A stretch of DNA of 64,000 nt from an uncultured Methanosarcinales archaeon (GCA_964550175.1 CAZJXP010000001.1:424706-488705); one strand, 5' to 3'; positions 53,181 through 63,971 are shown, counted from the stretch's first letter. The notes: generated from the letters alone by a model not told the origin. A program made the numbers and translations.

Positions 53181-55579
53181 ATGATTACGACCCGAAGGAA
53201 GCGGAGCCGCGCTGGGTAGCATTCTGGGAAAAGCACAAGATATTCGCGTTCAATCCTGACAAGAAAGGGGCCGTGTTCAGCATCGACACTCCTCCGCCGA
53301 CGGTCTCGGGAAAGATGCACATCGGCCACGCGTTCAGCTACAGCCAACAGGATATCATCGCTCGTTATCAGCGCCTGAAGGGCAAAAACGTCTTCTTCCC
53401 GTTCGGAACTGACGACAACGGACTGCCGACGGAACGCCTCGTCGAAAAGATGAAAGGGGTCAAAGGCAGCCGCATGGAACGCCAGGCGTTCATCAAGCTT
53501 TGCCAAGAAACCCTGAAAGAACTTCTTCCTGATTTTATTTACAGCTGGAAGCGCATCGGGATGAGCTGTGATTTCCATTACACGTACAGCACGATCAACG
53601 ACCATTCGCGAAAAGTCTCGCAATGGAGCTTCCTTGATCTGCACAAGAAAGGCCGAGCCTACCGAAAAGAAGCTCCGTCACTCTGGTGCCCGCAGTGCGG
53701 AACGGCCATCTCGCAAATGGAATGCGAAGAATCCGAAAAAGCAAGCACGTTCAACGACATCGTCTTCAAGGTTGATGGAAAGGATGTCGTCATCGCGACG
53801 ACCCGGCCGGAACTCCTTCCGGCATGCGTCGCGGTGTTCGCGCATCCGTCTGACGATCGTTACAAGAAGCTCATCGGCAAAACGGCAAAAGTCCCGCTGT
53901 TCGATATTACGGTTCCCATCAAGACCGACGAGCGCGTCGACCCGGCAAAGGGAACGGGCATCGTCATGTGCTGCACGTTCGGCGACCAGAACGACATTGC
54001 CTGGTATCTCGCGTACAACCTTCCGCTCAAACAAGCCATCGGGCACAACGGAAAAATGACCGCGTTAGCGGGTGCGTACGAAGGCAAAACCATCCATGAC
54101 TCCCGAAAGGCCATCATTGAAGACTTGAAAACCGCAGGGTTGCTTGTGTCACAAAAACCCATCACGCACGCGGTCAAGGTGCACGAACGCTGCCAGACCG
54201 AGATTGAAATCGTCAACAGCAAGCAGTGGTTCATCAAGTATCTTGAGCTGCGCGACACCATGCTCGATTGGGCGAACGAGCTCACGTGGCATCCTTCGTT
54301 CATGAAGCATCGCTATGACAACTGGGTCAAAGGCTTGCAGTGGGACTGGCTCATCTCCCGACAACGATTCTTCGGCGTTCCATTCCCGGTCTGGTACTGC
54401 GCGGATTGCCACCACGAAATCCTGGCGGAAGAAAAACAGCTTCCTGTTGACCCACTGAAGGATAACGCGCCGGTCTCGGCTTGCCCGAAATGCAAATCCA
54501 AGAACATCGTTGGCGAGAAAGACGTGCTCGACACGTGGTTTACAAGCAGCATGACGCCGCAAATCGCGACGCAACTCCTTCCGGAAGCCGCGCAAAAGCG
54601 CGCGTTCCCGATGTCCTTGCGTCCGCAAGCGCACGAAATCATTTCCTTCTGGCTGTTCAACACGATGGTCAAAAGCCGCCTGCATTACGGCGTGAACCCC
54701 TGGAAGGACACAACCTTATCTGGACTCGTCATGGACCCGCAAGGCGAAAAGATGAGCAAAAGCAAAGGCAACACGATCGAACCGCACGTGCTGCTCGAAA
54801 AATACTCAGGCGACGCGATGCGCTTCTGGGCGGGCAGCGCTAAGTTAGGAGAAGACGTCGCATTCCAAGAAAAGGAACTTATCACCGGAAAGAAATTCGT
54901 CACAAAATTATGGAATGCGGTCAAGTTCCTTGCCGTTCATCTTGAAACATTCACGCCGGAAAAGGCAAAGCCCGCGACGCTCCCGATGGACAAATGGATC
55001 CTTGACAAGCTCGCAAAGTGCGTGGAAGAATCAACCGCGTCAATGGACGAGTACGCGTATTCGCAAGCTCGCGCAAGCTTGATGCAATTCTTCTGGCATG
55101 ATTTCTGCGACAACTATCTCGAACTCTGCAAGAGCCGATTATACGACCCGAAGACGCTTGAGGACAAGTCATCGGCGCAATCAACACTTTACACCTGTCT
55201 CTGGACATTCTTGCGCATGGTTTCCATATTTACCCCCTTTATCACGGAAGAACTGTTTGAGCAACAGTTCAAGCGCTGGCACGCCATCCCGAGCATCCAT
55301 CTCGCTGATTGGCCGGCCGCGATGAAGCGCGACCCCGAAGCCGAGCACATCGGCGACATCATCATCGACATTCTCATGCAGGTTCGCAAAGTCAAGTCAG
55401 AACAGAAAATATCGATGAAAGTCCCCATCAAGAAACTCACCATCACCTCGCCGTTGGCATCGAATACGTTTATCGACGCGGCGATTCAAGACTTGAAAAC
55501 GACGGTAGTTGCGGAATCAGTCACGCTCGAGAAAGCGAAAGACGGCGTTCAGGACGCGAGCATCAACGCGCTGTTCTAA
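53177..55579 (+). CDS. valS: Valyl-tRNA synthetase
   Basis: PPPTVSGKMHIGH (HIGH), KMSKSKGN, and editing-domain block TTRPELLPACVAVFAHPSDDRY. 800 aa. Confidence 0.9.
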   Translation: MNDYDPKEAEPRWVAFWEKHKIFAFNPDKKGAVFSIDTPPPTVSGKMHIGHAFSYSQQDIIARYQRLKGKNVFFPFGTDDNGLPTERLVEKMKGVKGSRMERQAFIKLCQETLKELLPDFIYSWKRIGMSCDFHYTYSTINDHSRKVSQWSFLDLHKKGRAYRKEAPSLWCPQCGTAISQMECEESEKASTFNDIVFKVDGKDVVIATTRPELLPACVAVFAHPSDDRYKKLIGKTAKVPLFDITVPIKTDERVDPAKGTGIVMCCTFGDQNDIAWYLAYNLPLKQAIGHNGKMTALAGAYEGKTIHDSRKAIIEDLKTAGLLVSQKPITHAVKVHERCQTEIEIVNSKQWFIKYLELRDTMLDWANELTWHPSFMKHRYDNWVKGLQWDWLISRQRFFGVPFPVWYCADCHHEILAEEKQLPVDPLKDNAPVSACPKCKSKNIVGEKDVLDTWFTSSMTPQIATQLLPEAAQKRAFPMSLRPQAHEIISFWLFNTMVKSRLHYGVNPWKDTTLSGLVMDPQGEKMSKSKGNTIEPHVLLEKYSGDAMRFWAGSAKLGEDVAFQEKELITGKKFVTKLWNAVKFLAVHLETFTPEKAKPATLPMDKWILDKLAKCVEESTASMDEYAYSQARASLMQFFWHDFCDNYLELCKSRLYDPKTLEDKSSAQSTLYTCLWTFLRMVSIFTPFITEELFEQQFKRWHAIPSIHLADWPAAMKRDPEAEHIGDIIIDILMQVRKVKSEQKISMKVPIKKLTITSPLASNTFIDAAIQDLKTTVVAESVTLEKAKDGVQDASINALF

Positions 55580-56073
55580 TGTTGCGGAGTCGCATCAATC
55601 CGCACTTTTTTCGGATGCTTTCTTTCTCGGCGCAAGAAATCCCCGACATCAAAGAAATTCTTGACAATGCTCTTTGCGTCCTTCAAATCTCCCTCAACTT
55701 TGCCGACGCCGATGACATCGTTCTTGCACTTGACGAGCACCCAACGCCCTGCAGCAATGCCAGGAGATGCCTTGACGATGCCGGGCTGCAGCACGTCCTT
55801 GCCGCAGATGAACATCCACGCCGTGCGCTCGTTCACTTCAACTACTGGAGCGTCCGACTTAGCAAGCAAATCAAGAAGCGCGATACCCGGCACAAGATAA
55901 TCATTCTGCTGACGGCCAAGATATGCGCCGACAAAAATCGGCTTCCGTGGCAAATCCTTGCCCAACGCCAAAAGTTTCGGCGGAACGAGGAACCATTCCG
56001 TCCTCAACTGGTAAATATGATGCTCATCCAATAGCTGCTGCTGCGTGAACTGCGCAATGAATTCGAGAATCAT
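55576..56073 (-). CDS. PUA-domain protein (Nip7/UPF0113-like)
   Basis: C-terminal PUA pattern FICGKDVLQPGIVKASPGIAAGRWVLVKCKNDVIGVGKV. 4-nt overlap with the methyltransferase gene. Confidence 0.65.
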   Translation of the reverse strand: MILEFIAQFTQQQLLDEHHIYQLRTEWFLVPPKLLALGKDLPRKPIFVGAYLGRQQNDYLVPGIALLDLLAKSDAPVVEVNERTAWMFICGKDVLQPGIVKASPGIAAGRWVLVKCKNDVIGVGKVEGDLKDAKSIVKNFFDVGDFLRRERKHPKKVRIDATPQH

Positions 56074-56954
56074 CGTTTCACCAGCTTTGCGATAAAGAAA
56101 CCCTCGGTCACGCCAGGCCAGAATCGTCGCGTCTTCGCGATATCCCGGTGAAGCTCCTTGCCGAACGCCTTCGTAAGGCCAGAAACACCAACAGTGAGCC
56201 CGGTGTCAACGCACATCACGGGAAGCGTCTTCAACGCCCAATCGATAATGAACTCGTTCTCCTCAGGCTCAAGAGAACAGGTCGAGTACACCAGCGTACC
56301 GCCCTTCTTGAGCATTAAAATGGCCGCGCGAATCAGCCCTTGCTGCGTCGCCATGTTGCGCGAAAATTCCTTAACGTAATGCTTCTCGAACCAGTCCTTA
56401 TCCTGCGCATAGTTGCCCATGCAGGGAGCGTCCAATAAAATCTTATCAAATGACAAGCCCCAATCCACCGTCAATACGGCGTCGGTGTTGTACACGATTG
56501 TGTTGGTAACTCCCAAGCGTTCAAGATTCGCTTTGAGCCCGCGGATTCTCAGGTTGCTTTTCTCCACGGCAACAAGCTCGCCTTGGTTGTTCATGTACTG
56601 CGCCAATTGCGAGGTTTTCACGCCCGGCGCGGCCGCCATGTCCAGCACACGTTCGCCGGGCTTCGGAGCAAGCACTTCAACAGGCAATTGCGCGACGGAT
56701 GACTGCGGCGTCAAAAATCCCGCAAGATACTCAAACGATGCGCCGATGGAGAACGGGGCAGATTCGACCCAGTAGCCATGGTGCGTGAACGGAATTTTTT
56801 CCAGCACGACTTTTCGTGCAAGCAATCTCTTGATTAACTCGGCTTCGTCAACGCGCAACGTGTTCACGCGGATGCTCTGCTTCAACACCGTCGGCGTGAT
56901 CGTGTGCTTCAACTGATGATAGCGCGACTCGAAGACGTTCATTTGCGCTGCCAC
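56070..56954 (-). CDS. RNA cytosine-C5 methyltransferase (NOL1/NOP2/Sun family)
   Basis: SAM site DMAAAPGVKT. Catalytic Cys motifs LLDAPCMGN and YSTCSLEPEENE. Confidence 0.85.
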   Translation of the reverse strand: MAAQMNVFESRYHQLKHTITPTVLKQSIRVNTLRVDEAELIKRLLARKVVLEKIPFTHHGYWVESAPFSIGASFEYLAGFLTPQSSVAQLPVEVLAPKPGERVLDMAAAPGVKTSQLAQYMNNQGELVAVEKSNLRIRGLKANLERLGVTNTIVYNTDAVLTVDWGLSFDKILLDAPCMGNYAQDKDWFEKHYVKEFSRNMATQQGLIRAAILMLKKGGTLVYSTCSLEPEENEFIIDWALKTLPVMCVDTGLTVGVSGLTKAFGKELHRDIAKTRRFWPGVTEGFFIAKLVKR

Positions 56955-58336
56955 CGCTGGCCGTCGGCAGAATCCTGAACGATGATTCCTTCTTCGAGCA
57001 AACGCTTTCTTAATTCGTCCGAACGCGCGAAATCCTTTGCCTTTCGGGCCTTTGCGCGCTCGTCTAACAGGTTTTTCAGGTGCGGCTCGAGCGGAACCGA
57101 TTGTTCGGCTGCGACTTCGGCGATGCCGAGACCAAGGACACGGTCAAAATCCTCAAGCAACTGCAATCGCTCATGCGAGCCAAGCGTTTCGTCCTTCGCG
57201 ACGGCCCAGACGACGCTCAGCGCAATCGGCATGTTGAGGTCGTCGTTGATTGCAGCCAAGAACTCGTTCTTGTGACGGTCAAAGGACGCGCTTGATTTGG
57301 TCGTGTGATGCGCACGGAGTTCGCGAACCTTGTCCTTGAGGTTTTTCCAGGCATTCTTCGCGCCGTCAAGCGCTTCCCAGGAAAAATTAAGCTTGCTCCG
57401 ATAATGGGCGCCGAGCATAAAATAGCGATAGTCAAGCGAATGATATCCCTTGTCAAGAAGCGTCTGCAAAGTGAGGAAATCCCCTGCACTTTTTGACATC
57501 TTTCCCTTGGCATCGATGATGAATTCTCCGTGCATCCAGACATTCACCCATTTCTTGCCGATGACGGCTTCCGTTTGCGCGATCTCGTTGGTGTGGTGCA
57601 CTTGAATATGGTCGATGCCGCCGCAATGGATGTCAAAATGGTCACCAAGGTGCGCCATACTCATCGCACTGCACTCAATGTGCCAACCCGGAAACCCGAT
57701 GCCCCACGGACTGGCCCATTCCATCTGACGCTTCTGGTCTTTCGGCGAAAACTTCCACAACGCAAAGTCCGTCGGATTGTGTTTTCCTTCTGACAATTCA
57801 ACTCGCGCGCCGGCTTTGAGCCCTTCGATGTCCAACTTGGCCATCTTACCATAGTCTTTGAACTTGCTCGTATCGTAATAGACGCCATCGCCGGGGATAA
57901 TGTAGGTAAATCCCTTTTCTTCCAGCTTTTTGACAAGGTTAATCTGATCTTGAATATGATCCGTTGCCTTGCACCAGACGTTCGGCGGAAGAATGTGCAA
58001 CAATTCGAGATCTTTTTTGAACGCAGTTGTGTAAAATTCGGCAAGCTGCCAGGCGGACTTGCCCTCACGGCGAGAGGCTATTTCCATTTTCTCTTCCCCA
58101 GTGTCCGCGTCGGACGTGAGGTGCCCGACATCGGTGATGTTCATCACGTGCTGAACACGCAAACCCGTGTAGAGCATAACTCGTTTCAGAATGTCCTCGA
58201 ACAAGTAGGTTCGTAAATTGCCGATGTGCGCAAAATGGTACACGGTCGGACCGCAAGTGTAAAGCGTAACGAATCCGGGCGTAATGGGCTTGAAGAGCTC
58301 CTTCTTGCGGGAAAGCGTGTTGAACAGCGAAAGCAT
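56939..58336 (-). CDS. cysS: Cysteinyl-tRNA synthetase
   Basis: [15 protein letters not shown] (HIGH variant) and KMSKSAGDF. 465 aa. Confidence 0.9.
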   Translation of the reverse strand: MLSLFNTLSRKKELFKPITPGFVTLYTCGPTVYHFAHIGNLRTYLFEDILKRVMLYTGLRVQHVMNITDVGHLTSDADTGEEKMEIASRREGKSAWQLAEFYTTAFKKDLELLHILPPNVWCKATDHIQDQINLVKKLEEKGFTYIIPGDGVYYDTSKFKDYGKMAKLDIEGLKAGARVELSEGKHNPTDFALWKFSPKDQKRQMEWASPWGIGFPGWHIECSAMSMAHLGDHFDIHCGGIDHIQVHHTNEIAQTEAVIGKKWVNVWMHGEFIIDAKGKMSKSAGDFLTLQTLLDKGYHSLDYRYFMLGAHYRSKLNFSWEALDGAKNAWKNLKDKVRELRAHHTTKSSASFDRHKNEFLAAINDDLNMPIALSVVWAVAKDETLGSHERLQLLEDFDRVLGLGIAEVAAEQSVPLEPHLKNLLDERAKARKAKDFARSDELRKRLLEEGIIVQDSADGQRWQRK

Positions 58337-58366
58337 AGATAATGCTCAGAACAGGCGTTTAAAAAC

Positions 58367-60100
58367 CTAACGTCGAAGGACGCGCGACACGATGGCCTCA
58401 AGCGTCAAGTCTTTAACATGCTTTGATGCGCCGATGACTCCGGCAGCCAGCACGAAAACCCATACCAGGAGCGCTCCCACATCAAGAAGATTGCTTCCCC
58501 AGCTGCCAAACAGCATCGATGTGCGCACGATAGCGCCGCCGATGACTGCGGGGTTAATCTTCGCAATGATTGCTATCCCTTGCGGCAACACATCAAGCGG
58601 AATAATGAAATCCGATAGGAACAACAGAATGACACCAAAAATTATTGAGACCAACACTGCCGTAAGCTCGCGGCGAACCAGCAAGCCGACAATCATCCCC
58701 ATTAAGATGAACACGGCGGAAACGACGATTAATGCAATGAGTGCCAACGGCGCGCCAATCCAAGAGCCAAGGAAGAACGTGACAACAAGGGTCATGAGCG
58801 CGCTTTGCACGGCTAATACGACAAGCGACGCAAGGAAATATGCTTGGAGCGGGACCATTGCACTGATGGGAGCCAGCAGCGCACGCAACGCGGCCGGCGA
58901 GGAGCGTTCCGTCAACATGAGTATCGGAGGGATCAACAATCCTGTGAACAAGAGCACAATGACCATCAACAAGGGAAACGCATAGTTTCGGTAATTCGCG
59001 TCTGACGTGACGGGCACAATCGTCGTTTTCACCGGCGACGTTATCGCTTCCGGATCGGTGATCGTGACGCTATCCAACGCGAGCTGAATGGCATTGAATG
59101 CCTTCTGAATCTCGGCAATCGTGATTAATGACGCATCAAGTCGCGCTTTCACCGAGGTCAAACTTGACTCAATAGTGCCTTGCAGCGTGGCAACTTCATC
59201 GATGCTTGCCTTTGTTGCCGTAAGTCCGGCAAGCACCTCATTCAAACGCGTCGTTAAATTCAGCGTGTTCAAATCAGCTCGAGACGCATTGACCTCATCA
59301 ACGACATCATCGACAAGCTGTGATGCATTCAACACCTGCGACCGCAACGCGGTTTTTGACGTGTTGCTCAATGTACTCGCGTTGATCGCGGCATCGACAG
59401 CTTCGAGCTGGTCAAACAAGCTTGAGGTGAGCACGAGCGTGCGGTTCATCAAACCGGCCGTCTCCTGGTCATAAGATATGCCGGCGAGATTTGCGTCTTC
59501 AGCGGCCGTGAGATCAAGCGTCGCATTCGGGGACGCGATGGAATCCGACAGTTGAACAAGCGTGTTTCCCGCGCCATTCACTTGCGTCGTGAGCGAAACA
59601 ACTGAGTCTTTCCTCAAATCAACCGTGTCACGGATCTTCTGCAGCGCGTCAACAAGCGACTTTGCGAGCTGGTTGCCAACATCAGATGAGCGCAAGCCGA
59701 CATTCGCGTTCACGCTGTCAAGCACGGAAGAAAGCAAGGTGATTCTCGACGGGTCGACATGAAGCCGCATGACATTCGACGCGCCAACGACAAACGTTCC
59801 GACAAACGCGAGGCACGCGTGCTGTGCGCCTTCCTTGACGGCGGCGATGCACGAAGCCTCATCCTCATATTGGTGAACGGTTACGCTGTTTTGCTGCAAC
59901 TTCGCAATAATCGATTCGGTGAGATCGGTACTTGTTGATGCCCAGACGCCAACTTTCACTCGTTGGACATTTGTCGCATCAAACGCGAATCCCGCCAAAA
60001 ATAGGAGCAACAATGGAATGACCAAGGAAACAACAAGCGTCGCGCGTGACCGGAATAACATACGAAGGTGATGCTTGACCAAAAGCGTGACCGAGCTCAT
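58367..60100 (-). CDS. ABC-2 type transporter permease with a large extracytoplasmic domain (YhgE/Pip-like)
   Basis: One N-terminal TM, an extracytoplasmic region of about 330 aa rich in Ala/Leu/Ser/Thr/Asn, then 5 C-terminal TM helices. 4-nt overlap with the ATPase gene. Confidence 0.7.
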   Translation of the reverse strand: MSSVTLLVKHHLRMLFRSRATLVVSLVIPLLLLFLAGFAFDATNVQRVKVGVWASTSTDLTESIIAKLQQNSVTVHQYEDEASCIAAVKEGAQHACLAFVGTFVVGASNVMRLHVDPSRITLLSSVLDSVNANVGLRSSDVGNQLAKSLVDALQKIRDTVDLRKDSVVSLTTQVNGAGNTLVQLSDSIASPNATLDLTAAEDANLAGISYDQETAGLMNRTLVLTSSLFDQLEAVDAAINASTLSNTSKTALRSQVLNASQLVDDVVDEVNASRADLNTLNLTTRLNEVLAGLTATKASIDEVATLQGTIESSLTSVKARLDASLITIAEIQKAFNAIQLALDSVTITDPEAITSPVKTTIVPVTSDANYRNYAFPLLMVIVLLFTGLLIPPILMLTERSSPAALRALLAPISAMVPLQAYFLASLVVLAVQSALMTLVVTFFLGSWIGAPLALIALIVVSAVFILMGMIVGLLVRRELTAVLVSIIFGVILLFLSDFIIPLDVLPQGIAIIAKINPAVIGGAIVRTSMLFGSWGSNLLDVGALLVWVFVLAAGVIGASKHVKDLTLEAIVSRVLRR

Positions 60101-61176
60101 GTGAACAGCTCCTCGAACAGTTCGCGAACCGTCGGACGGCCCATTTCGATATGGACCAACTGGTCTTTACGCTGACGGCAATGCTGGATCACTGCATCGA
60201 GCGTCGCGGCGGGCTGCGCCGTCTGTATCTTCGCCATCGCGCCGTCCTTGAACATCTTCGTGACCTGCAATGCCGCTTGTCTCTTCAACTGAGCAAAAAG
60301 TTCGTCGTAGGAACGCGAGCCCGTCTCGAGAATAATCTCCTGATTTCGCGAATAAATGACGCGAAGTTCCTCAGGCGTGCCCGTCTCAGCCACTCGTGAG
60401 TTGCGCATGATTCCTATGCGGTCGCAAACGCTTTCGAGCTCGGCGAGAAAATGCGACGCAATGACAATCGTTGTTCCTTGCTTGTTGATATTTTTCAACA
60501 CATCCCACAAGCGCATCCTCAGCACGACGTCCAAGTCGGCAACCGGCTCGTCCAAGAACAACAGCTTCGGGTCGTGCACAAGCGCGCAGGCGATGTCCAA
60601 GCGTTTTTGCATTCCGCCGGACAGCTCATTGGCATGCCGGTCGCGGAATTCTGAAAGCCCGACTAATTTTGAGAGACTATTCGCTTTCTGCTCAGCCGCG
60701 TGCGGGGAAAGCCCGAACAGCTGGCCGAAATGAACAAGATTTTCGGTGACGGTCAAATCAGGATAGACTGCAGGCGTTTGCGCGGCGTAGCCAATAAATG
60801 ACTTCGACGACGCAACGGACTGCGGACCTTTTTCCAGAAACGACACGCTGCCCGCGTCAGATTCGAGGATTCCTGCCAAAATTTGCAGGAGGGTCGTCTT
60901 TCCCGAGCCGCTTTGGCCGATGATGCCGAAGACTTCGCCTTCCATGATGTCCAGATTCACACCCTCAAGGACCTTTTGGCCGCCAAAACGCTTCGTGATG
61001 CCTTGGACCCGCAAAAGCACTTTGCCCGGCAAAGCAATCGTTGCGGCACCTTTGTGCACATATTGCAGAACGAGATCCTTCGGCCAGCCCGCCTTCACGA
61101 GCGTCGTTTCAAGATCTTCCTGAGGAAGCCCTTTAGAAAGGCTGCTTTGAACGAATCTCTGAAGAAGGTCTCCCAT
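60097..61176 (-). CDS. ABC transporter ATP-binding protein with a ~50-aa N-terminal extension
   Basis: Walker A GQSGSGKTT, signature LSGGMQKR, Walker B LLFLDEP. Confidence 0.85.
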   Translation of the reverse strand: MGDLLQRFVQSSLSKGLPQEDLETTLVKAGWPKDLVLQYVHKGAATIALPGKVLLRVQGITKRFGGQKVLEGVNLDIMEGEVFGIIGQSGSGKTTLLQILAGILESDAGSVSFLEKGPQSVASSKSFIGYAAQTPAVYPDLTVTENLVHFGQLFGLSPHAAEQKANSLSKLVGLSEFRDRHANELSGGMQKRLDIACALVHDPKLLFLDEPVADLDVVLRMRLWDVLKNINKQGTTIVIASHFLAELESVCDRIGIMRNSRVAETGTPEELRVIYSRNQEIILETGSRSYDELFAQLKRQAALQVTKMFKDGAMAKIQTAQPAATLDAVIQHCRQRKDQLVHIEMGRPTVRELFEELFT

Positions 61177-61237
61177 AGGCGCACTCAGTCAAAAACGCTT
61201 TTTAAATTGATGTTACTATTCTCGAGAGGTCATTAAG

Positions 61238-61714
61238 ATGCTGAAGCTGCATAAAGCATATAAATTCGACAATGCCCGGCATCGCATGAACTGCGAACTG
61301 TGTGGAAAAGAAGCGGTCGGAAAAGCAAGGGTTGAAGGGGTCGAGCTCCACATCTGCGCGGCCTGCGGAAAGTTCGGCACGATGTTCACCCCGCCGAAAA
61401 GCAACGTTCAAAACGCAAACGCGCATAAACCCGAAATCATCCATTCAATCGTTGAGGATGCCGGAGAGCTTGTGCGAAAAGCCCGCGAAAAGAAAGGCAT
61501 CACACAGAAAGATTTTGCGTTGAGCATCAACGAGCACCAAAGCGTGCTGCACCACATCGAAACGGGAAGGCACGAACCAAGCTTAGAATTGGCGCGCAAA
61601 CTCGAAAAAACACTGCACCTGAAGCTTGTCGAAGAGGAAACGTCGGTTGCCATTACAACAAAGAACACGCCCACCGGACCGACCACCATCGGCGACCTGA
61701 TCAAGATAAAGTGA
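61238..61714 (+). CDS. mbf1: Archaeal multiprotein-bridging factor 1 (Zn ribbon plus HTH)
   Basis: CELCGKEA...CAACGKFG ribbon and a Cro/C1-type HTH (KKGITQKDFALSINEHQSVLHHIETGRHEPSLELARKLEKTL). Confidence 0.85.
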   Translation: MLKLHKAYKFDNARHRMNCELCGKEAVGKARVEGVELHICAACGKFGTMFTPPKSNVQNANAHKPEIIHSIVEDAGELVRKAREKKGITQKDFALSINEHQSVLHHIETGRHEPSLELARKLEKTLHLKLVEEETSVAITTKNTPTGPTTIGDLIKIK

Positions 61715-63047
61715 ATCGCCTGATTCTGCAATCGCCGCGATACAGCGTTTCGTCATGCTGCCAACTATTCTCGACAATCTCTTCGAACAATCGCAGATTT
61801 GATTGACAGGACGCGTCATCGGGCGCACAGGGCGTGTCGCACGGATTGAACAACAGCACCGTTTGACCTCCTAATGCCGCGAGACCGAGCGAAAGATTCT
61901 GCGGAAACAACGGGTAATACAACGGGATGAGTTTCTTGTCGGTAAAAAGCGCCATGCGCGGGTCACTCGTTACGATTTCGTCCCCTACGGACTGACGCGC
62001 ATACATGCTCTCAATGCCCGAATCGCGAACGCCCTCGTACGTCTCATAATAGGTCCCGCTGCGCAGCGCTTGCACCCCCCAAACGGCAAGCAACAGAAGT
62101 GTCACAAGCATGAACGAGTGTTTAAACCGAGAAGCATGCGCGCGATGAAGCAATGACCAGCCCGCTCCCGCAAGAATGCAGATGAATGGCAACACCAGCG
62201 GAAGAAAACGCACTTCCTTATGCGGCAGCAACAGAAGATATCCGAAAATCGCAAGCGCAACGAACAGCACCGCACGATTCTTCTTGAACGCAAGCACCAG
62301 CCCAGGAATCGCAAACGCAAAAAAAAGGTTTTCGAAAAGAAGAGCAAGCGGGTAAAATATAACACCCCTCTGGTAAAGCCACAATCCTGACGTTTTTATC
62401 ACATCATTCGCCGCGATAATGGAGGCGAACGGATTTCCATAAAGCACAACATTGAACCCGAGAAAACAAATGACCGGAATGCTGAATCCGGCGCCGACCA
62501 GAACGGTTTTTGCGAAACGACGATCGGTTAACGTCACGCACACGATTGCGAAAAACACTAATCCCATCGGAAATTTTGTCAAGAATGAAAGCCCCGCAAA
62601 CATACCGGCGAAAACAGGACGCTTCCTCAGGAAAAAGACGGCAAGCAACGCAAAAAAAACCGCAGGCTGCTCCGTAAGCAACTGATGCTCGTAAAACACA
62701 AGGAGCGGGGAAAGCGCGACAAACGCCAATGCCCAATCTGCAGCTAACTCGCCGAACGAATCCTGGGTTAGTCTGAACACGAGAAACATCACGCCAATGC
62801 CCATCGCGAACTGGAGCAGGTTTGCGACGACAAGTAAATCCATCCCTAACCAATGAAACGGAGAGAGAATCAACGGCCAAATGACGGGCCGCAACGGTTC
62901 CCACAATCCTTGGCTGCCAATCGAAGCGATGGCTTTCGCCATGCCGACATATACCGATGCGTCCCAAACGATAGGACGGTCCAGCAGGTGAAACACCATT
63001 CTTAATGCTGCGCCGGCAAGCAGCAACAGCCAGGTCAGTTTTCGCAT
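61701..63047 (-). CDS. GT-C glycosyltransferase (GT39/ArnT/PMT-like)
   Basis: 448 aa, about 11 TM, with the first-loop pattern DRPIVWDASVYVGMAKAI. A C-terminal soluble domain is present. Confidence 0.65.
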   Translation of the reverse strand: MRKLTWLLLLAGAALRMVFHLLDRPIVWDASVYVGMAKAIASIGSQGLWEPLRPVIWPLILSPFHWLGMDLLVVANLLQFAMGIGVMFLVFRLTQDSFGELAADWALAFVALSPLLVFYEHQLLTEQPAVFFALLAVFFLRKRPVFAGMFAGLSFLTKFPMGLVFFAIVCVTLTDRRFAKTVLVGAGFSIPVICFLGFNVVLYGNPFASIIAANDVIKTSGLWLYQRGVIFYPLALLFENLFFAFAIPGLVLAFKKNRAVLFVALAIFGYLLLLPHKEVRFLPLVLPFICILAGAGWSLLHRAHASRFKHSFMLVTLLLLAVWGVQALRSGTYYETYEGVRDSGIESMYARQSVGDEIVTSDPRMALFTDKKLIPLYYPLFPQNLSLGLAALGGQTVLLFNPCDTPCAPDDASCQSNLRLFEEIVENSWQHDETLYRGDCRIRRFTLS

Positions 63048-63724
63048 GCCACGATGGGCGCACGATACAGCCCGCAGATTTGTTTGAGAAGGTCTTCGCG
63101 GGAAGAAAATCCATCCAGTTTCGTCTCTTCAACCAACAGAGTCGGATATTTAGAAACATTATACTGCTGTTTCAAGATTGAAACCATCGGCTCAGCGTCA
63201 AATGTGGCGTCAATCGAGAATATGAGAAGACTCTGACCGAATGATTTTTTCAGGTAGTCAAGCACGAACGATTGGTCGTTGCATTGCGGGCATTCCTCAT
63301 CGGTCGAGAAGAAATACAACACGCGAACGATGTCATCATTGCACACTTCGCGAGTCTGCTTGCTCAACAGCCAGTACCTTAGCTGTTCAATGGTGTATTC
63401 GCGTTTCAGCACGGAGAAACTCTCATCATTAATCTGGCTGTTCTTCACATACTGCTCAAGCCGGCTGGCCGTCTTGTCGAGATTCTTCAGGTTATTAAAG
63501 AAAATACTATAGATTGCCGGACAGGATTCCTGCGTATTCAATGATGACACGTAGGAATACTGAAGCTGGGAACTCGCGAACTCCGCGCGCTGCTCGTCAA
63601 AGAGATTTTGAACGGTTGATACGCGCTTTCCCTCAATCACAAAACCAAGCAACAAGCCAAGCACAAATATGATTGCAGTAATTACGCCTGCGGCGACATA
63701 ACGGGAGGTTCTCAAATCTCGCAT
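63035..63724 (-). CDS. Membrane-anchored thioredoxin-fold protein with a CPQC motif
   Basis: Start moved to ATG 63724 (MRDLRTSRYVAAGVITAIIF, TM anchor). YFFSTDEECPQCNDQ is a CxxC site in a thioredoxin-like context. Confidence 0.5.
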   Translation of the reverse strand: MRDLRTSRYVAAGVITAIIFVLGLLLGFVIEGKRVSTVQNLFDEQRAEFASSQLQYSYVSSLNTQESCPAIYSIFFNNLKNLDKTASRLEQYVKNSQINDESFSVLKREYTIEQLRYWLLSKQTREVCNDDIVRVLYFFSTDEECPQCNDQSFVLDYLKKSFGQSLLIFSIDATFDAEPMVSILKQQYNVSKYPTLLVEETKLDGFSSREDLLKQICGLYRAPIVACEN

Positions 63725-63725
63725 G

Positions 63726-63971
63726 TTACCACCGCTGGCGCTTGCCACGCGCCAAATCAATCGCCACGCCAGCCCAGACTATCCCGAGCAACAAATAATA
63801 GACCGCCATGAACACGCCAGCCGTGATGAACCCCTGCCCGAATGAGCGCTCGTTCATCGCACGGTGCGCCAAAAAGAACACCAGGATGCTCAGGCCAAGC
63901 ATGATAACCGTTAGCGTGATGGTGAGAAAATCGAAATCCACGAGGATCGTGTTCCAAGAAAGATTTCTCAA
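63726..63971 (-). CDS. Small membrane protein (3 TM)
   Basis: 81-aa hydrophobic ORF directly upstream of the thioredoxin-like gene. Confidence 0.45.
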   Translation of the reverse strand: MRNLSWNTILVDFDFLTITLTVIMLGLSILVFFLAHRAMNERSFGQGFITAGVFMAVYYLLLGIVWAGVAIDLARGKRQRW

